From a virus, in the IMG/VR virus record IMGVR_UViG_3300047281_000098, positions 41,265 to 105,264 of that record: a stretch of 64,000 nucleotides of DNA. One strand, 5' to 3'. How positions within the stretch are numbered: the first letter of the stretch is position 1; every line of letters starts with the position of its first letter. Below, piece by piece: positions 8,170 through 17,945 of the stretch. The notes below the pieces were generated by a model. It ran no database searches and was not told the DNA's origin. It was given only the letters and a program-made list of their open reading frames with translations. The translations under genes and the position numbers were made by a program.

Positions 8170-8610
8170 ATGGTTCAGCTAACTAGACCTGTACCGCCAA
8201 AACCAAGCATGATACCGTGGCCATATAAGTTGCCTCGCAATAAATTAGAAAGACAAGAAGATATGGCTAAATGGGAAATACATAAACGAGCAGGCAATCT
8301 AGTAGAAGCTGCTTGGTGGCACTGGATGCCAGGGGTAACAATTAATGTTAAATGGCCTGTTGGTTTAGTATTTGTGCTTGATGAAAAAGATCGTCGGTGG
8401 GATTGGACCATGGGAACAACCAAGCAATCATTTGACTCGGCGGACCCTAACGACCATTATAGACCTTGGCTTGAAAAGAATGTTGGCAAGCAGGGATGGG
8501 ATTGGCAATGGGGACTTAGAGATAACAACGCAGCAGAGAATAGACTTACTATTAAAGTTAGAACTAAACATGCCAAGTGGGCAACAGTCGCCTCACTTCT
8601 GTGGGGATAA
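8170..8610 (+). CDS. LRW-array ORF 19 (long variant)
   Basis: PWLEKNVGKQGWDW...ATVASLLWG*. Confidence 0.72.
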   Translation: MVQLTRPVPPKPSMIPWPYKLPRNKLERQEDMAKWEIHKRAGNLVEAAWWHWMPGVTINVKWPVGLVFVLDEKDRRWDWTMGTTKQSFDSADPNDHYRPWLEKNVGKQGWDWQWGLRDNNAAENRLTIKVRTKHAKWATVASLLWG

Positions 8611-8613
8611 GTA

Positions 8614-8835
8614 ATGGATTTTGACTTCAACAAGGAAAAGCGATTTATCCTTGTCCCTGCTAATCTTGAGTTTTCAAAACTCATGGTCATACTAACTGAT
8701 ATGGACTATTGGAACACACATTACGAAGCACTCAAAGACTGGTGCGATCTACAACTAGGAACTAATCAAGTTGGGATGACGGTTGAGTTCGACAGTGAGC
8801 AGGACCTGATGTTGTTTATATTAAGATGGAGCTAG
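8614..8835 (+). CDS. LRW-array ORF 20
   Basis: DWC...VEFDSEQDLMLFILRWS*. Confidence 0.78.
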   Translation: MDFDFNKEKRFILVPANLEFSKLMVILTDMDYWNTHYEALKDWCDLQLGTNQVGMTVEFDSEQDLMLFILRWS

Positions 8836-8836
8836 A

Positions 8837-9103
8837 GTGAAACACATATTCAGAAATTTAATTCGCAAAGAGAAATGGACTCTTGTGGAAATTAAGCCGA
8901 CCAAGGACACAATGTGGTCTTCTGGTGGGGAAGATTTAAATCGGCAAGACTATATTAAAATGCGGAATTGGTGCGAACAAACTTTTCACAAAGAAGTATT
9001 CGCCACTTCATTACAATCAGTACACGGAGTTAGTCCTGGATTGAAACGATTCATATTCAACAATCCCGCAGATGCCACGATGTTCAGATTGCGTTGGGAA
9101 TGA
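8837..9103 (+). CDS. LRW-array ORF 21
   Basis: GTG start; NWCEQTF...FNNPADATMFRLRWE*. Confidence 0.75.
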   Translation: MKHIFRNLIRKEKWTLVEIKPTKDTMWSSGGEDLNRQDYIKMRNWCEQTFHKEVFATSLQSVHGVSPGLKRFIFNNPADATMFRLRWE

Positions 9104-9333
9104 CTAAGACCTCTGTTACAGTTTACGGTGCGTATGCTCCAATGCTAAAATGGCTAAGTGACAACATAGGCGCGGAGCTTCACAGTATGCCAATTGTTTT
9201 TTGGTACGGAAAAGGTTGGTTCATGAAACGCACATCTGATATTAGAGAAGAAAGAGTTGGACTCAGGGCTGGCTGGTCAGTTGATTTTGATGATGATCAG
9301 AATGCGACATGGTTCGCATTAATATGGGGATAA
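9100..9333 (+). CDS. LRW-array ORF 22
   Basis: ATGA overlap; KWLSDNIG...FDDDQNATWFALIWG*. Confidence 0.75.
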   Translation: MTKTSVTVYGAYAPMLKWLSDNIGAELHSMPIVFWYGKGWFMKRTSDIREERVGLRAGWSVDFDDDQNATWFALIWG

Positions 9334-9334
9334 T

Positions 9335-9610
9335 ATGGCAATTTTAAATACACACGCACATGGATACTTTAGAGCAGTTGAATACGAGACAATAGAAGTA
9401 ATAGACATGCCTCGCACCTACGGCGCCAAGAAAGTATACACGTATGATTGTAGGGCAAAGTCAGAAGATCCAAGCATTATTGTAAAATGGTGCAGAAGAA
9501 ACTTTGGGCAGCGAGGTGATGGTTGGGACTTTACTTTTCACTCAGACCGTGTTACAATAGAGATTACAAAAGACGAGTTTAAGACAATGTACGAAATGTG
9601 GAAACTATAA
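9335..9610 (+). CDS. LRW-array ORF 23 (divergent)
   Basis: KWCRRNFG.RGDGW...TMYEMWKL*. Confidence 0.72.
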   Translation: MAILNTHAHGYFRAVEYETIEVIDMPRTYGAKKVYTYDCRAKSEDPSIIVKWCRRNFGQRGDGWDFTFHSDRVTIEITKDEFKTMYEMWKL

Positions 9611-10155
9611 TGGCAAATAATGTAATGATAGATTTGGAAACGCTGGACACAAGTCCATTCTGCGTTATCCTCACGATTGGAGCAGTAGTATTCGACCCTA
9701 AGGGCAACGGTATCGTTGACAAGATTGATCTGCGACCTTCAATTGAAGAACAACTTGATATGGGCAGAGTTATCAACGATGAAACTGTTAAGTGGTGGGG
9801 CAATCAAAGTGAGGCGGCGCAACATGAAGCACTAGGTGATCATGACCGAATTCCCTTCAAGGAAGCAATGGAGAAACTTCATAAATTCTGTTGGAACAAA
9901 GGTAACCCCTGGAGTCACGGCGCAGCGTTTGACATTGTAGCAGTGGAAACATCTTGGGCCAGCTTTAAGATGCAACCACCATGGGACTTTTACAAAGTAC
10001 GAGACACACGAACATTGTTTGATGTTACTGGAGTGAATCTTAAAGACGGTGGTTATGTGACAACTCACAAGGCTTCCGAAGATGCGGCACGTCAGGCATT
10101 CATTGTACAGAAGGCGTATAAGATTCTCATTGCCGCCGGAGTAACCCCTCCGTGA
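9610..10155 (+). CDS. DEDDh 3'-5' exonuclease (DnaQ/RNase T superfamily)
   Basis: MIDLET (ExoI), HGAAFD (ExoII), HKASEDA (ExoIII); TAATG overlap. Confidence 0.85.
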   Translation: MANNVMIDLETLDTSPFCVILTIGAVVFDPKGNGIVDKIDLRPSIEEQLDMGRVINDETVKWWGNQSEAAQHEALGDHDRIPFKEAMEKLHKFCWNKGNPWSHGAAFDIVAVETSWASFKMQPPWDFYKVRDTRTLFDVTGVNLKDGGYVTTHKASEDAARQAFIVQKAYKILIAAGVTPP

Positions 10156-10159
10156 AATT

Positions 10160-10414
10160 ATGAAGATTAATCCTAAACTTAAACCAGACGAGTTAGCTCT
10201 TTTATCAGTAGATTCTGCTAGGAGATATTTTCTATTAAACGTTAATACCACTAAACTAGCACCGGACGAAGATTCTATACAGCATGAGTTTGCACTGTGG
10301 TTAGAAACAGAATACTCCTGTAAAATGTGGCGCCCGTATAAAGGAGCAACAAGACGGTTGAAATTTAATGATATGGCTAAATTAGTTTGGTTTAAACTCA
10401 AATATGAAATTTAA
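10160..10414 (+). CDS. hypothetical, outlying LRW-like C-terminus
   Basis: ends LKFNDMAKLVWFKLKYEI*. Confidence 0.65.
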   Translation: MKINPKLKPDELALLSVDSARRYFLLNVNTTKLAPDEDSIQHEFALWLETEYSCKMWRPYKGATRRLKFNDMAKLVWFKLKYEI

Positions 10415-11003
10415 CGGTGACGTTGACATTGATCTAGGAAACAGGGACTTACTGTTGGAACACATTAAGCATATTCCTGCGGCTATGCGTAATATAACAC
10501 CTATAAGAAAGCACTCCACTGGAATTCATATCACTGATATTCCATATGATCCTATCAATAATATCGCGTCAATTGACTATGCCGCTGCTGAATCGCGCGG
10601 GTATTTTAAGCTGGACTTGCTGAATGTTCATGTATATGCTAATGTACGTGATGAGTCACATTTAGTAGAATTAATGCGCGAGCCAGATTGGAATCTACTG
10701 AATGACAGAGAATTTGTAAGTACGCTTATACATTTAGGTAATCATTATCAAAGTATACAGCGTATGATTGAGCCTATCAATAGTATTCCCAGACTGGCTA
10801 TGTTTCTGGCAATGATCAGACCTGCAAAAAAGCATCTGATAGGCTTGCCATGGAGTGAGGTTGCGAAGACTATTTGGGAGAAAGATAGTGACGGCGGGTA
10901 TAGCTTTAAGAGAAGTCACGCAGTTGCGTATTCACAGTTAGTCACTGTACATATGAATCTGTTACAGGAAATGCCTGTTACGAAATTCTTTTCACAAGAG
11001 TAA
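10404..11003 (+). CDS. dnaE: DNA polymerase III alpha (C-family) catalytic fragment, second half of split DnaE
   Basis: DVDID, KHSTGIHI, GYFKLDLL, PINS..LAMFLAMIRP, GYSFKRSHAVAY in DnaE order. Confidence 0.82.
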   Translation: MKFNGDVDIDLGNRDLLLEHIKHIPAAMRNITPIRKHSTGIHITDIPYDPINNIASIDYAAAESRGYFKLDLLNVHVYANVRDESHLVELMREPDWNLLNDREFVSTLIHLGNHYQSIQRMIEPINSIPRLAMFLAMIRPAKKHLIGLPWSEVAKTIWEKDSDGGYSFKRSHAVAYSQLVTVHMNLLQEMPVTKFFSQE

Positions 11004-11358
11004 TGGATCTTCTTTTTGATCGACGCTTGCTTAGGTCTGACATACTACATACGGGGCCGTGTAGTATTACTAAGCTTTTGTTATTGAATGTTCTGATATA
11101 TGGTCTGAAGATTGCCCAATCTTCTTTTAAAAACAAGTTGATAGGGATAAGTCTGTTGCTTTCCCACCACCATATATCACCTAATTCTAGAAATTTCTCT
11201 TTAACTGCTAAGTCCTGTATAGCACCATAATCATATATAGTGGTAACGACATCATCACGATTCTGAACAATTCCCACGTAGTCTTGGCTGGCGTATGAAC
11301 AGATTGTGATGAAAGGGTGATTCTCGCTTAGGCGTTTAAAGAATTCGTTAGGTATCAT
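10978..11358 (-). CDS. hypothetical protein
   Basis: 126 aa ORF preceded on - strand by GATAAATA late-type motif. Confidence 0.7.
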   Translation of the reverse strand: MIPNEFFKRLSENHPFITICSYASQDYVGIVQNRDDVVTTIYDYGAIQDLAVKEKFLELGDIWWWESNRLIPINLFLKEDWAIFRPYIRTFNNKSLVILHGPVCSMSDLSKRRSKRRSITLVKRIS

Positions 11359-11463
11359 TGATAATGTGTATTAAGTTTATTTATCTGCGGAAAGAATTCG
11401 GGTATTATTCCTGAATGACTAAATATAAGATATGCTAAATATAACATTAGAAGCGAATAACAA

Positions 11464-12237
11464 ATGTATGCAACCTCAGTTTTCTCCTATATCCCTCGGC
11501 AAATTGTCGTTGTCTTATCCGGCAACTCGGTAAGGAAATATATGCCCGTTTATGCTAAACCACTCACATTACACAAAGGTGTCGACAACCAGCTGCAGTT
11601 TCAGTTCCTTAATCAAGAGCAGAAACCTGTTAATATCACTGGTGCGGAGATCACATGCCGTATTTTAAACTATCAAGGTAATACTGTGCTTCTTCAGAAA
11701 GCACTGACCCTACAATTAGCAGCCACAGGTATTGCTGCTCTTCAACTAAACGCAGCAGACATTGAGGGTATTGATCCACAAAAATGCTATTACACATTAG
11801 AAATTCCAGTTGGTAGTTTCAATTACCCAGTATTCGTGGATCAGAACGCAGGTGGTCGCGGTGATCTAAACATCGTTAATTCTATTCTACCAAGCTTTGT
11901 GCCGTCACAAAGTGTGTCTATTCCTACTGGGCAATTGTTCCCGAATAACAATTCAAGCGCAAATGCCAATTCAAACGCACTAACATATTTTACCAGTGTT
12001 TGGTCAACTGATGATAATCCAATTTCAACTATTCAAGCAGAATACACTGGGTTTTATGGTAACGTTCAGATTCAAGGTTCCACAATAGTAGACGGTGATT
12101 GGTATAACATTGGAAACACGTATGTCTATTCAAACGTATCCGATACCATTGGATATTCCTTTACTGGATATCATCCATACATCCAAGTACAATTCATCAG
12201 TAATATTGGTGATGTTACTAACATTTTAAGAAGATAG
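11464..12237 (+). CDS. putative virion structural protein (beta-rich)
   Basis: TAAATA motifs upstream; Asn/Thr/Gly/Val-rich. Confidence 0.55.
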   Translation: MYATSVFSYIPRQIVVVLSGNSVRKYMPVYAKPLTLHKGVDNQLQFQFLNQEQKPVNITGAEITCRILNYQGNTVLLQKALTLQLAATGIAALQLNAADIEGIDPQKCYYTLEIPVGSFNYPVFVDQNAGGRGDLNIVNSILPSFVPSQSVSIPTGQLFPNNNSSANANSNALTYFTSVWSTDDNPISTIQAEYTGFYGNVQIQGSTIVDGDWYNIGNTYVYSNVSDTIGYSFTGYHPYIQVQFISNIGDVTNILRR

Positions 12238-12250
12238 ATCACCGTATCTA

Positions 12251-12279
12251 TTGTATTTTCGTGTTCACTATGTTATAAT
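12251..12279 (+). promoter_or_regulatory. sigma70-type promoter of primase-helicase
   Basis: TTGTAT-17 nt-TATAAT with TG extension. Confidence 0.7.
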
Positions 12280-12281
12280 AG

Positions 12282-13268
12282 ATGAACATGTTTGATATTC
12301 TATCTATATTACCTGGCAAGAAAAAAACAACGAGTAGCGGCTGGACAAGTTTCAACGCTGTTTGTTGTAGCCATCTTGGACACAAGTCCGATCGCCGTAT
12401 GCGCGGCGGTATTAAGTTTGACGGTCAATCCAAATGGACCATGAACTGTTTCAATTGTAGATACTCATGTAATTTTGTATTAGGCAAATCAATAAGCCCA
12501 AAAACTAGACAGCTTCTTATTTGGTGCGGTATTGACAGTGAACAGATTCAACGATGGAGTCTGGAGAGTTTACAACATAAAGACTTACTGGACTTTTCAG
12601 GTGACGTTCTACCTCGTAAAAAAGTAAAATTCAAAGAGCAGGAATTGCCAACTGATGCTGAATTAATAAACGTAAACAACCCTGATCATAAGATATACAC
12701 TGACTATTTGATCAAACGACATATTGATCCTAATGAATATCCGTTTATGGTAACTCCGCATATTCAGGGTAGAAATAACAATCGCATAATTGTACCGTAT
12801 ACTTATAAAAATAAGATCGTTGGACATACTAGTAGATACCTAGATAATAAATTACCAAAGTATATCAATTCTCAACAGCACGGATATGTATTCGGATTTG
12901 ACTTTCAAAAACCTGAATGGAATATATGTCTGGTAGTTGAGGGTATATTTGATGCGCTGAGTTTGAATGCGTGCGCTACAATGCATAACACAATCAATGA
13001 CGATCAAGCACAGGTATTAGCACAGTTAAACAAACAGATAATAGTAGTACCGGATAGAGACCGTGCCGGATTAGAAATATGTAGTCGTGCGTTAGAGTTA
13101 GGATATAGTATTAGCTTACCAAATTGGCACGTTGATGTAAAGGATGTTAACGATGCGATAATCCGTTACGGAAAGCTTCCAACGCTAATGAGTATATTAC
13201 AAGCAGCCACGATGTCTAAAATTAAAATCGAAATGCAAAGGAAAAAAATTGAAAAAACAAGAATCTAA
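12282..13268 (+). CDS. DNA primase (T4 gp61/DnaG-like)
   Basis: N-terminal Zn ligands (CC...CFNC), TOPRIM VVEGIFDA, VPDRD, KDVND. Confidence 0.88.
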   Translation: MNMFDILSILPGKKKTTSSGWTSFNAVCCSHLGHKSDRRMRGGIKFDGQSKWTMNCFNCRYSCNFVLGKSISPKTRQLLIWCGIDSEQIQRWSLESLQHKDLLDFSGDVLPRKKVKFKEQELPTDAELINVNNPDHKIYTDYLIKRHIDPNEYPFMVTPHIQGRNNNRIIVPYTYKNKIVGHTSRYLDNKLPKYINSQQHGYVFGFDFQKPEWNICLVVEGIFDALSLNACATMHNTINDDQAQVLAQLNKQIIVVPDRDRAGLEICSRALELGYSISLPNWHVDVKDVNDAIIRYGKLPTLMSILQAATMSKIKIEMQRKKIEKTRI

Positions 13269-14688
13269 GAAACAACTTGAATATACTCCTGATGTTCAGA
13301 AATTATTTTTGCGAATGATGATAACTAACTCGGAGTTATACACCCGTGTTATGAACATTATGAACAGCGAGAATTTTGACAGATCGCTGCGCCCAGTGGC
13401 AGAAATGTTTAAAGAACATACTGACAAGTATAAGATTTTACCTGATGCCACTCAGATTAAAGCAACAACCGGGATTGATATTGAACCGGTGCCTGAATTA
13501 AGTGACGGACATTTTGAATGGTTCTTTGATGAGTTTGAAGCATTCACTAAGCGACAGGAACTTGAGCGTGCGATTCTTAAAGCAGCAGACTTGCTTGAGA
13601 AGGGTGATTTTTCTCCTGTGGAAAAGCTAATCAAGGACGCAGTTCAAATTAGCCTACAGAAAGACATGGGGACTGACTACTTTGCTGACCCCGCACATCG
13701 TATCAATAAGTATTTTAACTCAGGTGGTCAAGTATCAACTGGCTGGCCACAGATGGATCGTATTTTGTACGGTGGCATGAGTCGCGGCGAACTTAATATC
13801 TTTGCAGGTGGCTCTGGTTCTGGTAAGTCACTGGTCATGATGAATTTGGCATTGAATTGGCTACAAGTTGGATTGAGCGGAGTTTATATTACACTAGAAC
13901 TTTCAGAAGAACTAACCTCACTGCGTACTGATGCGATGTTAACCAGTATGGGAACTAAAGATATTCGTAAGGATATTGACAATACTGCTTTAAAGGTAGC
14001 ATTGATAGGGAAGAAGTCTGGTAAGTATCGTGTCAAGGGACTACCTGCGCAAAGTAATGTCAATGATATTCGTGCTTATCTGAAAGAAGTTCAAATTCAA
14101 ACTGGTATCAAGATCGACTTTGTTATGGTCGATTATCTTGACTTGGTTATGCCAGTATCTGTTAAAGTTAACCCCAACGACCAGTTTATTAAAGACAAAT
14201 ATGTAGCTGAAGAATTGCGAAATTTAAGCAAAGAATTAGGCGTGTTGTTAGTTACAGCATCACAGTTGAATCGTTCAGCAGTTGATGAAATTGAGTTTGA
14301 TCATAGTCACATTGCAGGTGGTATCTCTAAGATTAATACAGCGGATAACGTGTTCGGTATCTTCACAAGCCGTAGTATGCGTGAACGTGGTAAGTATCAG
14401 ATTCAATGTATGAAGTCGCGTAGTTCAACAGGTGTTGGTATGAAAGTTGATTTGGAATACAACATTGAAACGATGCGTATTACTGACGATGACCCTGAGG
14501 GATATGCGGATCAGCAAGCAAAATATACTCCTAAACCTAGTCCTAATGATTTAATGACTAGGATGAAGCCTACTCCATACACTGATATTTCTCAACTATC
14601 AGATAATTCAGAACCACTGACCAAGAAAATAGTGGCAAATGTTCAGGGTAGTAAACTAAATGCGCTACTGAATAGTTTAAAGAAATAA
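13249..14688 (+). CDS. replicative helicase (DnaB/T4 gp41-like)
   Basis: STGW, GGSGSGKS Walker A, VMVDYLDL, TASQLNR, KSR. Confidence 0.92.
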   Translation: MKKQESKKQLEYTPDVQKLFLRMMITNSELYTRVMNIMNSENFDRSLRPVAEMFKEHTDKYKILPDATQIKATTGIDIEPVPELSDGHFEWFFDEFEAFTKRQELERAILKAADLLEKGDFSPVEKLIKDAVQISLQKDMGTDYFADPAHRINKYFNSGGQVSTGWPQMDRILYGGMSRGELNIFAGGSGSGKSLVMMNLALNWLQVGLSGVYITLELSEELTSLRTDAMLTSMGTKDIRKDIDNTALKVALIGKKSGKYRVKGLPAQSNVNDIRAYLKEVQIQTGIKIDFVMVDYLDLVMPVSVKVNPNDQFIKDKYVAEELRNLSKELGVLLVTASQLNRSAVDEIEFDHSHIAGGISKINTADNVFGIFTSRSMRERGKYQIQCMKSRSSTGVGMKVDLEYNIETMRITDDDPEGYADQQAKYTPKPSPNDLMTRMKPTPYTDISQLSDNSEPLTKKIVANVQGSKLNALLNSLKK

Positions 14689-14711
14689 ACAAAGCAAAGC
14701 ATAAATACTTG

Positions 14712-14960
14712 ATGCAAACAAATACTCGCAGCCTTCTGGAAGAATTAGAGTCTATTAGTCATAATCGTGATACAACTCACATTATAGAAAGTAGAGCTAA
14801 TAATATTATTACCAGTGCTATTAATTTATTAGAATTAATGAATAAGCACTATACGGAAGAGCAATGTCAAATCCTGGAAAGAAAACTACTAGGTGCTATA
14901 AAAAGCAGAGACCAAAGTAGATTTGCAAAATCTTTAAGGAAAAATAGTGAAACTGAATGA
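14712..14960 (+). CDS. hypothetical late protein
   Basis: TAAATA at 14702-07 just upstream. Confidence 0.65.
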   Translation: MQTNTRSLLEELESISHNRDTTHIIESRANNIITSAINLLELMNKHYTEEQCQILERKLLGAIKSRDQSRFAKSLRKNSETE

Positions 14961-16203
14961 ACTAAAACACCCTAGCGCACTAAATGAAGACCTTAGTGAT
15001 TGGATAGGAACTCACGGAGCAGCGGCTGTAAAAGGCGGAATAGATAAATTTAAAGGTAATGCTGAAGGTAGCTTGAGTACTGTTGACCGAATGGCAAGAG
15101 ATGGATTCATTAAAGATTTCATCGGGCGCGCATCTGCTAACATCAAAAGTGCAATTGCTAGCGGAATAGTTATCCCCCCAGTAGCAGGTCAATCTGCGCC
15201 TGTGGCAGGTCAAACAGCAACAGCAGCCCCAGAGACTCCTGAACAAAAACGTATTAGATTACAAAAGACGCAACAGCAAACGCTTGATAAGTCCAGTGGT
15301 CAATTCAGTAAGCTGCCAAACCCTGTCTCGGCACAAGCCGAGACTCCTGAACAAAAACGTATTAGATTACAAAAGACGCAACAGCAATCACAAGCTGGTG
15401 CCAGTGGACAATTCAGTAAGTTACCGGCAAATCAAGTAGCAACGCAATCCGCTAATATCAGGACAGCAAAACAATTAGCCGCAGCTCCACAAACAACTGT
15501 AAAGCCAGTTGCTGTACCCGTACAAACCCCCGGTGAGAAAAGAGCAGCAAGACTGGCCACTGCTACAGCCGCATTAAGGGAATCATCAACATATAGCAAA
15601 TTAAATGTTGTGTTTGAATCAATGATGGAAGCAGGCAACGCCACTAGCAGTGTTAGCAGCTACTTACAAAAAATGTTTACTCAGTACATGCACGGAGTTG
15701 ATACATCATCACAATCTGCGAAAATCAAAGAATTGAGTGATGCTGTTGAACAATCATATTCAATGACAGACGGTGGAAAAGCAGCTATTGCTCCTCTTAC
15801 ACAACTAGCAAACTTAGGATTTGCGCTATCGCATAGCAACAAAGGCAGAGATGCAGCCGCTGCCCCGGCCACTGCGGCAGAACAGCCTGGTTTTTTGAGT
15901 GGACTAACACAGGGTGCTAGTTCAGCACAGGGTATAGCACCCGTAGCTGACGGCACCGCATATGCTAAAGCAAAAGCAGCAGTGACTGTTCTTGATAAAA
16001 AAGGTAAACAGCGAATAGGATCGTTAATACAGAAATCTCTTGCGACTCCTAATGCGGCATTGGCGCCAGCAGCAGACCGGGCTAGTGCTGAAGCTGCTAT
16101 GCGTGCTAGACGGGCACCGGTTGTACCGCAGTCTCCCGCGCAGCGTCGAGGCGGTATGCAGGTCGCCGAACAAAAAATAGTGAAAAAATGGGGCGAAGAA
16201 TAA
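14947..16203 (+). CDS. putative internal head protein, Ala/Gln-rich with internal duplication
   Basis: MKLNEL..ALNE N-terminus; ETPEQKRIRLQKTQQQ twice. Confidence 0.6.
   Translation: MKLNELKHPSALNEDLSDWIGTHGAAAVKGGIDKFKGNAEGSLSTVDRMARDGFIKDFIGRASANIKSAIASGIVIPPVAGQSAPVAGQTATAAPETPEQKRIRLQKTQQQTLDKSSGQFSKLPNPVSAQAETPEQKRIRLQKTQQQSQAGASGQFSKLPANQVATQSANIRTAKQLAAAPQTTVKPVAVPVQTPGEKRAARLATATAALRESSTYSKLNVVFESMMEAGNATSSVSSYLQKMFTQYMHGVDTSSQSAKIKELSDAVEQSYSMTDGGKAAIAPLTQLANLGFALSHSNKGRDAAAAPATAAEQPGFLSGLTQGASSAQGIAPVADGTAYAKAKAAVTVLDKKGKQRIGSLIQKSLATPNAALAPAADRASAEAAMRARRAPVVPQSPAQRRGGMQVAEQKIVKKWGEE
15232..15387 (+). repeat. exact 48 bp direct repeat, 108 bp period
   Basis: gagactcctgaacaaaaacgtattagattacaaaagacgcaacagcaa at 15232 and 15340. 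Confidence 0.9.
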
Positions 16204-16204
16204 C

Positions 16205-17356
16205 ATGATTGATTCACTATCAACACTTACTAAGAAACTTGATAACATTGCGTCTATTATAGTAGAAGCAAAAGGCCATCTAGACCACCCAGAAGATTTG
16301 ATTTTCTTGGGAGGGGGCGCTGGGGCCACTCAAGCACTTAATGCTATTATAGCAACAGCAAAAAATCCTAATACAGTTACTATCAAGTGGGATGGTTATC
16401 CCGCACTAATATTTGGTCGTGATTTCAACGGCAAGTTTAGTATTATGGACAAGCACATGTTCAATAAGAAAGACGGCTCTGGAAGAGCCGTCTATAGCCC
16501 TGAACAATTTAGACAGTATGATATAGCCAGAGGTGTTGATCGCAGTGATTTACATCGTTTAATCAATGAGATTTGGCCCGGATTAGAAAAAGCATCAAGT
16601 TCTGCCAAGGGATACTATTGGGGCGACTTATTATTCAGTCAACCACTAGTGGATAAGAACGGTGTGTTCACTTTTAAAGCAAATCCTAATGGTATTACTT
16701 ATACAGTAGACACAAGCAGTGATGTAGGTAAGTTAATGTCCGGAAAGACTGCCGGAATAGCAGTTCACCAACAACTTGCCCCTGAATCAGCAAGTACCGA
16801 CTTTGCCACTACACTGAACGGGACAATAGGTAATTTAAAGAATAATTCTGATGTGGCAATTGTTCCTAGCGCAATGCCTAATACTCCAAAGATTAAATTA
16901 GATGCTGGATTAGTAAAGAATGTAAAAAGTGCTATTGCAAAATACGGAGCCGATGTTGATCAGTTGATAAATTCAGCTCCACAAGCAAAGAATACCTTTA
17001 ATCAGCTATTCACTGTGTATATTAATAAGAAAATTGTATCAGGTAACTTAGAGAATCTAGTCGAAGACTTCATGGGATTCTTTAAAACTAGACCTATGTC
17101 AGATGATATGGCATACAAGCTATCTGAGCACTTTCACATTAATCAAAAAGGCATCATTGGGGCATTTACTATCTGGATAGCATTATATCAGCTAAAGATG
17201 AGTATTGTTAATCAGTTGAATGAAGCTGCTAAGGCATCCCCTGTCAAAGGATATCTACAAGATGGATCTGAAACACATGAGGGTTTCGTGTCTAATGGTC
17301 TGAAATTCGTAGATAGGATGGGATTTAGTCGTCAAAATTTAGCCGGTAGGGCATAG
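16205..17356 (+). CDS. conserved T4-like phage protein (DUF6267-like) with ligase-type KxDG motif
   Basis: HLDHPED, TIKWDGYPA, YWGDLLF, HEGFV..LKFVDR. Confidence 0.6.
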   Translation: MIDSLSTLTKKLDNIASIIVEAKGHLDHPEDLIFLGGGAGATQALNAIIATAKNPNTVTIKWDGYPALIFGRDFNGKFSIMDKHMFNKKDGSGRAVYSPEQFRQYDIARGVDRSDLHRLINEIWPGLEKASSSAKGYYWGDLLFSQPLVDKNGVFTFKANPNGITYTVDTSSDVGKLMSGKTAGIAVHQQLAPESASTDFATTLNGTIGNLKNNSDVAIVPSAMPNTPKIKLDAGLVKNVKSAIAKYGADVDQLINSAPQAKNTFNQLFTVYINKKIVSGNLENLVEDFMGFFKTRPMSDDMAYKLSEHFHINQKGIIGAFTIWIALYQLKMSIVNQLNEAAKASPVKGYLQDGSETHEGFVSNGLKFVDRMGFSRQNLAGRA

Positions 17357-17449
17357 ATAATCCACAATTTTTTGTTCCTGGCATAAATACATTTAGAGCA
17401 ACACATTATTCATAGTGAATAATAGCTCACATACTAAAGGAAATATATT

Positions 17450-17929
17450 ATGTCAGGATTTACACGTACACACGGCGATTCACAACCAGTATTCGCTATC
17501 GACACATTGAACGGCCCAGTTGCTTCAACTGCTTCTGCTGACGGTACAACTACAAACTTCATCGGTCCAGCAATGGACTTCTTCAGCTTTGATCTAGGTG
17601 CTGCTCCAACTGCTCAGTTAGGCGTATCTGGTGCTATTGCTGCTGTTCTACAAAGCTTAGAGCAATTGTCAACTGTTATGATCTATTCAGTATCAGCTAC
17701 TGCTAATACTACTAACATGTCAGTTGGTCTATATCCAGTTGGCGCATACGGCGAAACAGCTTTAGGTACTGCTGCGTTCAACATCCAAACAGCAATTCGT
17801 GCTTTGGGTACTGTTAACACATACAGCTTAGCTGGAGCAGTTTGTTCAGGCGCTGCTACTACTGCTACTGCTCAAGACGGTTCAAACGCTGGTTTCAGAT
17901 TAGCTTCTACTGTTACTTCAGCTTCTTAA
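17450..17929 (+). CDS. putative abundant structural protein
   Basis: late motif, AAGGA SD, biased codon usage, own terminator. Confidence 0.6.
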   Translation: MSGFTRTHGDSQPVFAIDTLNGPVASTASADGTTTNFIGPAMDFFSFDLGAAPTAQLGVSGAIAAVLQSLEQLSTVMIYSVSATANTTNMSVGLYPVGAYGETALGTAAFNIQTAIRALGTVNTYSLAGAVCSGAATTATAQDGSNAGFRLASTVTSAS

Positions 17930-17945
17930 TCAATTACTGATTAGC

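Noticed and set aside
4334-9100. Longer ORF-track starts for array genes (e.g. 4334, 4570, 5057, 6292, 6728, 7385)
   Set aside because: They are upstream GTG/TTG/ATG codons inside the previous gene; the SD-associated ATG overlapping the stop is the consistent start.
3674-9610. Classical integron or diversity-generating retroelement
   Set aside because: No palindromic attC sites, tyrosine integrase, reverse transcriptase or TR/VR pair with adenine-specific differences is visible in the window.
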